From Utricularia gibba (lineage: Eukaryota; Plantae; Magnoliophyta), in contig CM007989.1 in the NCBI GenBank assembly GCA_002189035.1, positions 4,960,001 through 5,024,000 of the forward strand: a stretch of 64,000 bases of DNA, written 5' to 3'. Of this stretch, positions 63,901 through 64,000 are shown piece by piece. A program made the position numbers and the translations under genes. Position 1 is the first letter of the stretch, and each line of letters starts with the position of its first letter. The notes below the pieces were generated by a model that saw only the letters and a list, made by a program, of their open reading frames with translations, was not told the origin of the DNA and ran no database searches.

Positions 63901-64000
63901 ATAGTTGTTAAGTACCATTTTCTAACTTATTATAAGGTATTATTAGGTGTTAATCTAGTTTTAAGTCACCCAAATTAGGAGTCTTATTATTAAGTATTTG

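Overview
This is plant (eudicot) nuclear genomic DNA. It has AT-rich intergenic space, GT-AG spliceosomal introns and many decayed transposons; I see no CRISPR array, rRNA or operon structure. Seven protein-coding genes can be reconstructed by hand: a G3BP-like NTF2-RRM-RGG protein (+), U3 snoRNP protein IMP3 (+), galacturonosyltransferase GAUT13/14 (+), phosphatidate cytidylyltransferase CDS1/2-like (-, 11 coding exons, one GC-AG intron), an ORE1/NAC100-clade NAC factor (-), a PLS-DYW PPR protein resembling At5g39680/EMB2744 (+) and a CML45/46-like EF-hand protein (-). There is also an intact tRNA-Gln(TTG). Two host-gene fragments missed by the ORF track are an RPK2/TOAD2 kinase fragment antisense to the G3BP 3' end and a WRKY-domain exon directly behind the tRNA. 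The transposon content is three Copia remnants, a CRM-like Gypsy fragment, a family of Athila-like LTRs (one solo LTR with TSD), two hAT elements (one split into three pieces over ~10 kb), Tat-like ORF remnants and a ~1.6 kb foldback element. A major caveat is that several otherwise intact genes carry 1-bp indels in short homopolymers (GAUT once, PPR three times, possibly NAC and CDS), which most likely reflects long-read consensus error. I found no convincing novel multi-gene system. The best leads are the tRNA-WRKY exon unit, the apparent loss of the miR164 site in the NAC gene, the antisense RPK2 fragment and the chimeric TSD-bounded LTR insertion.
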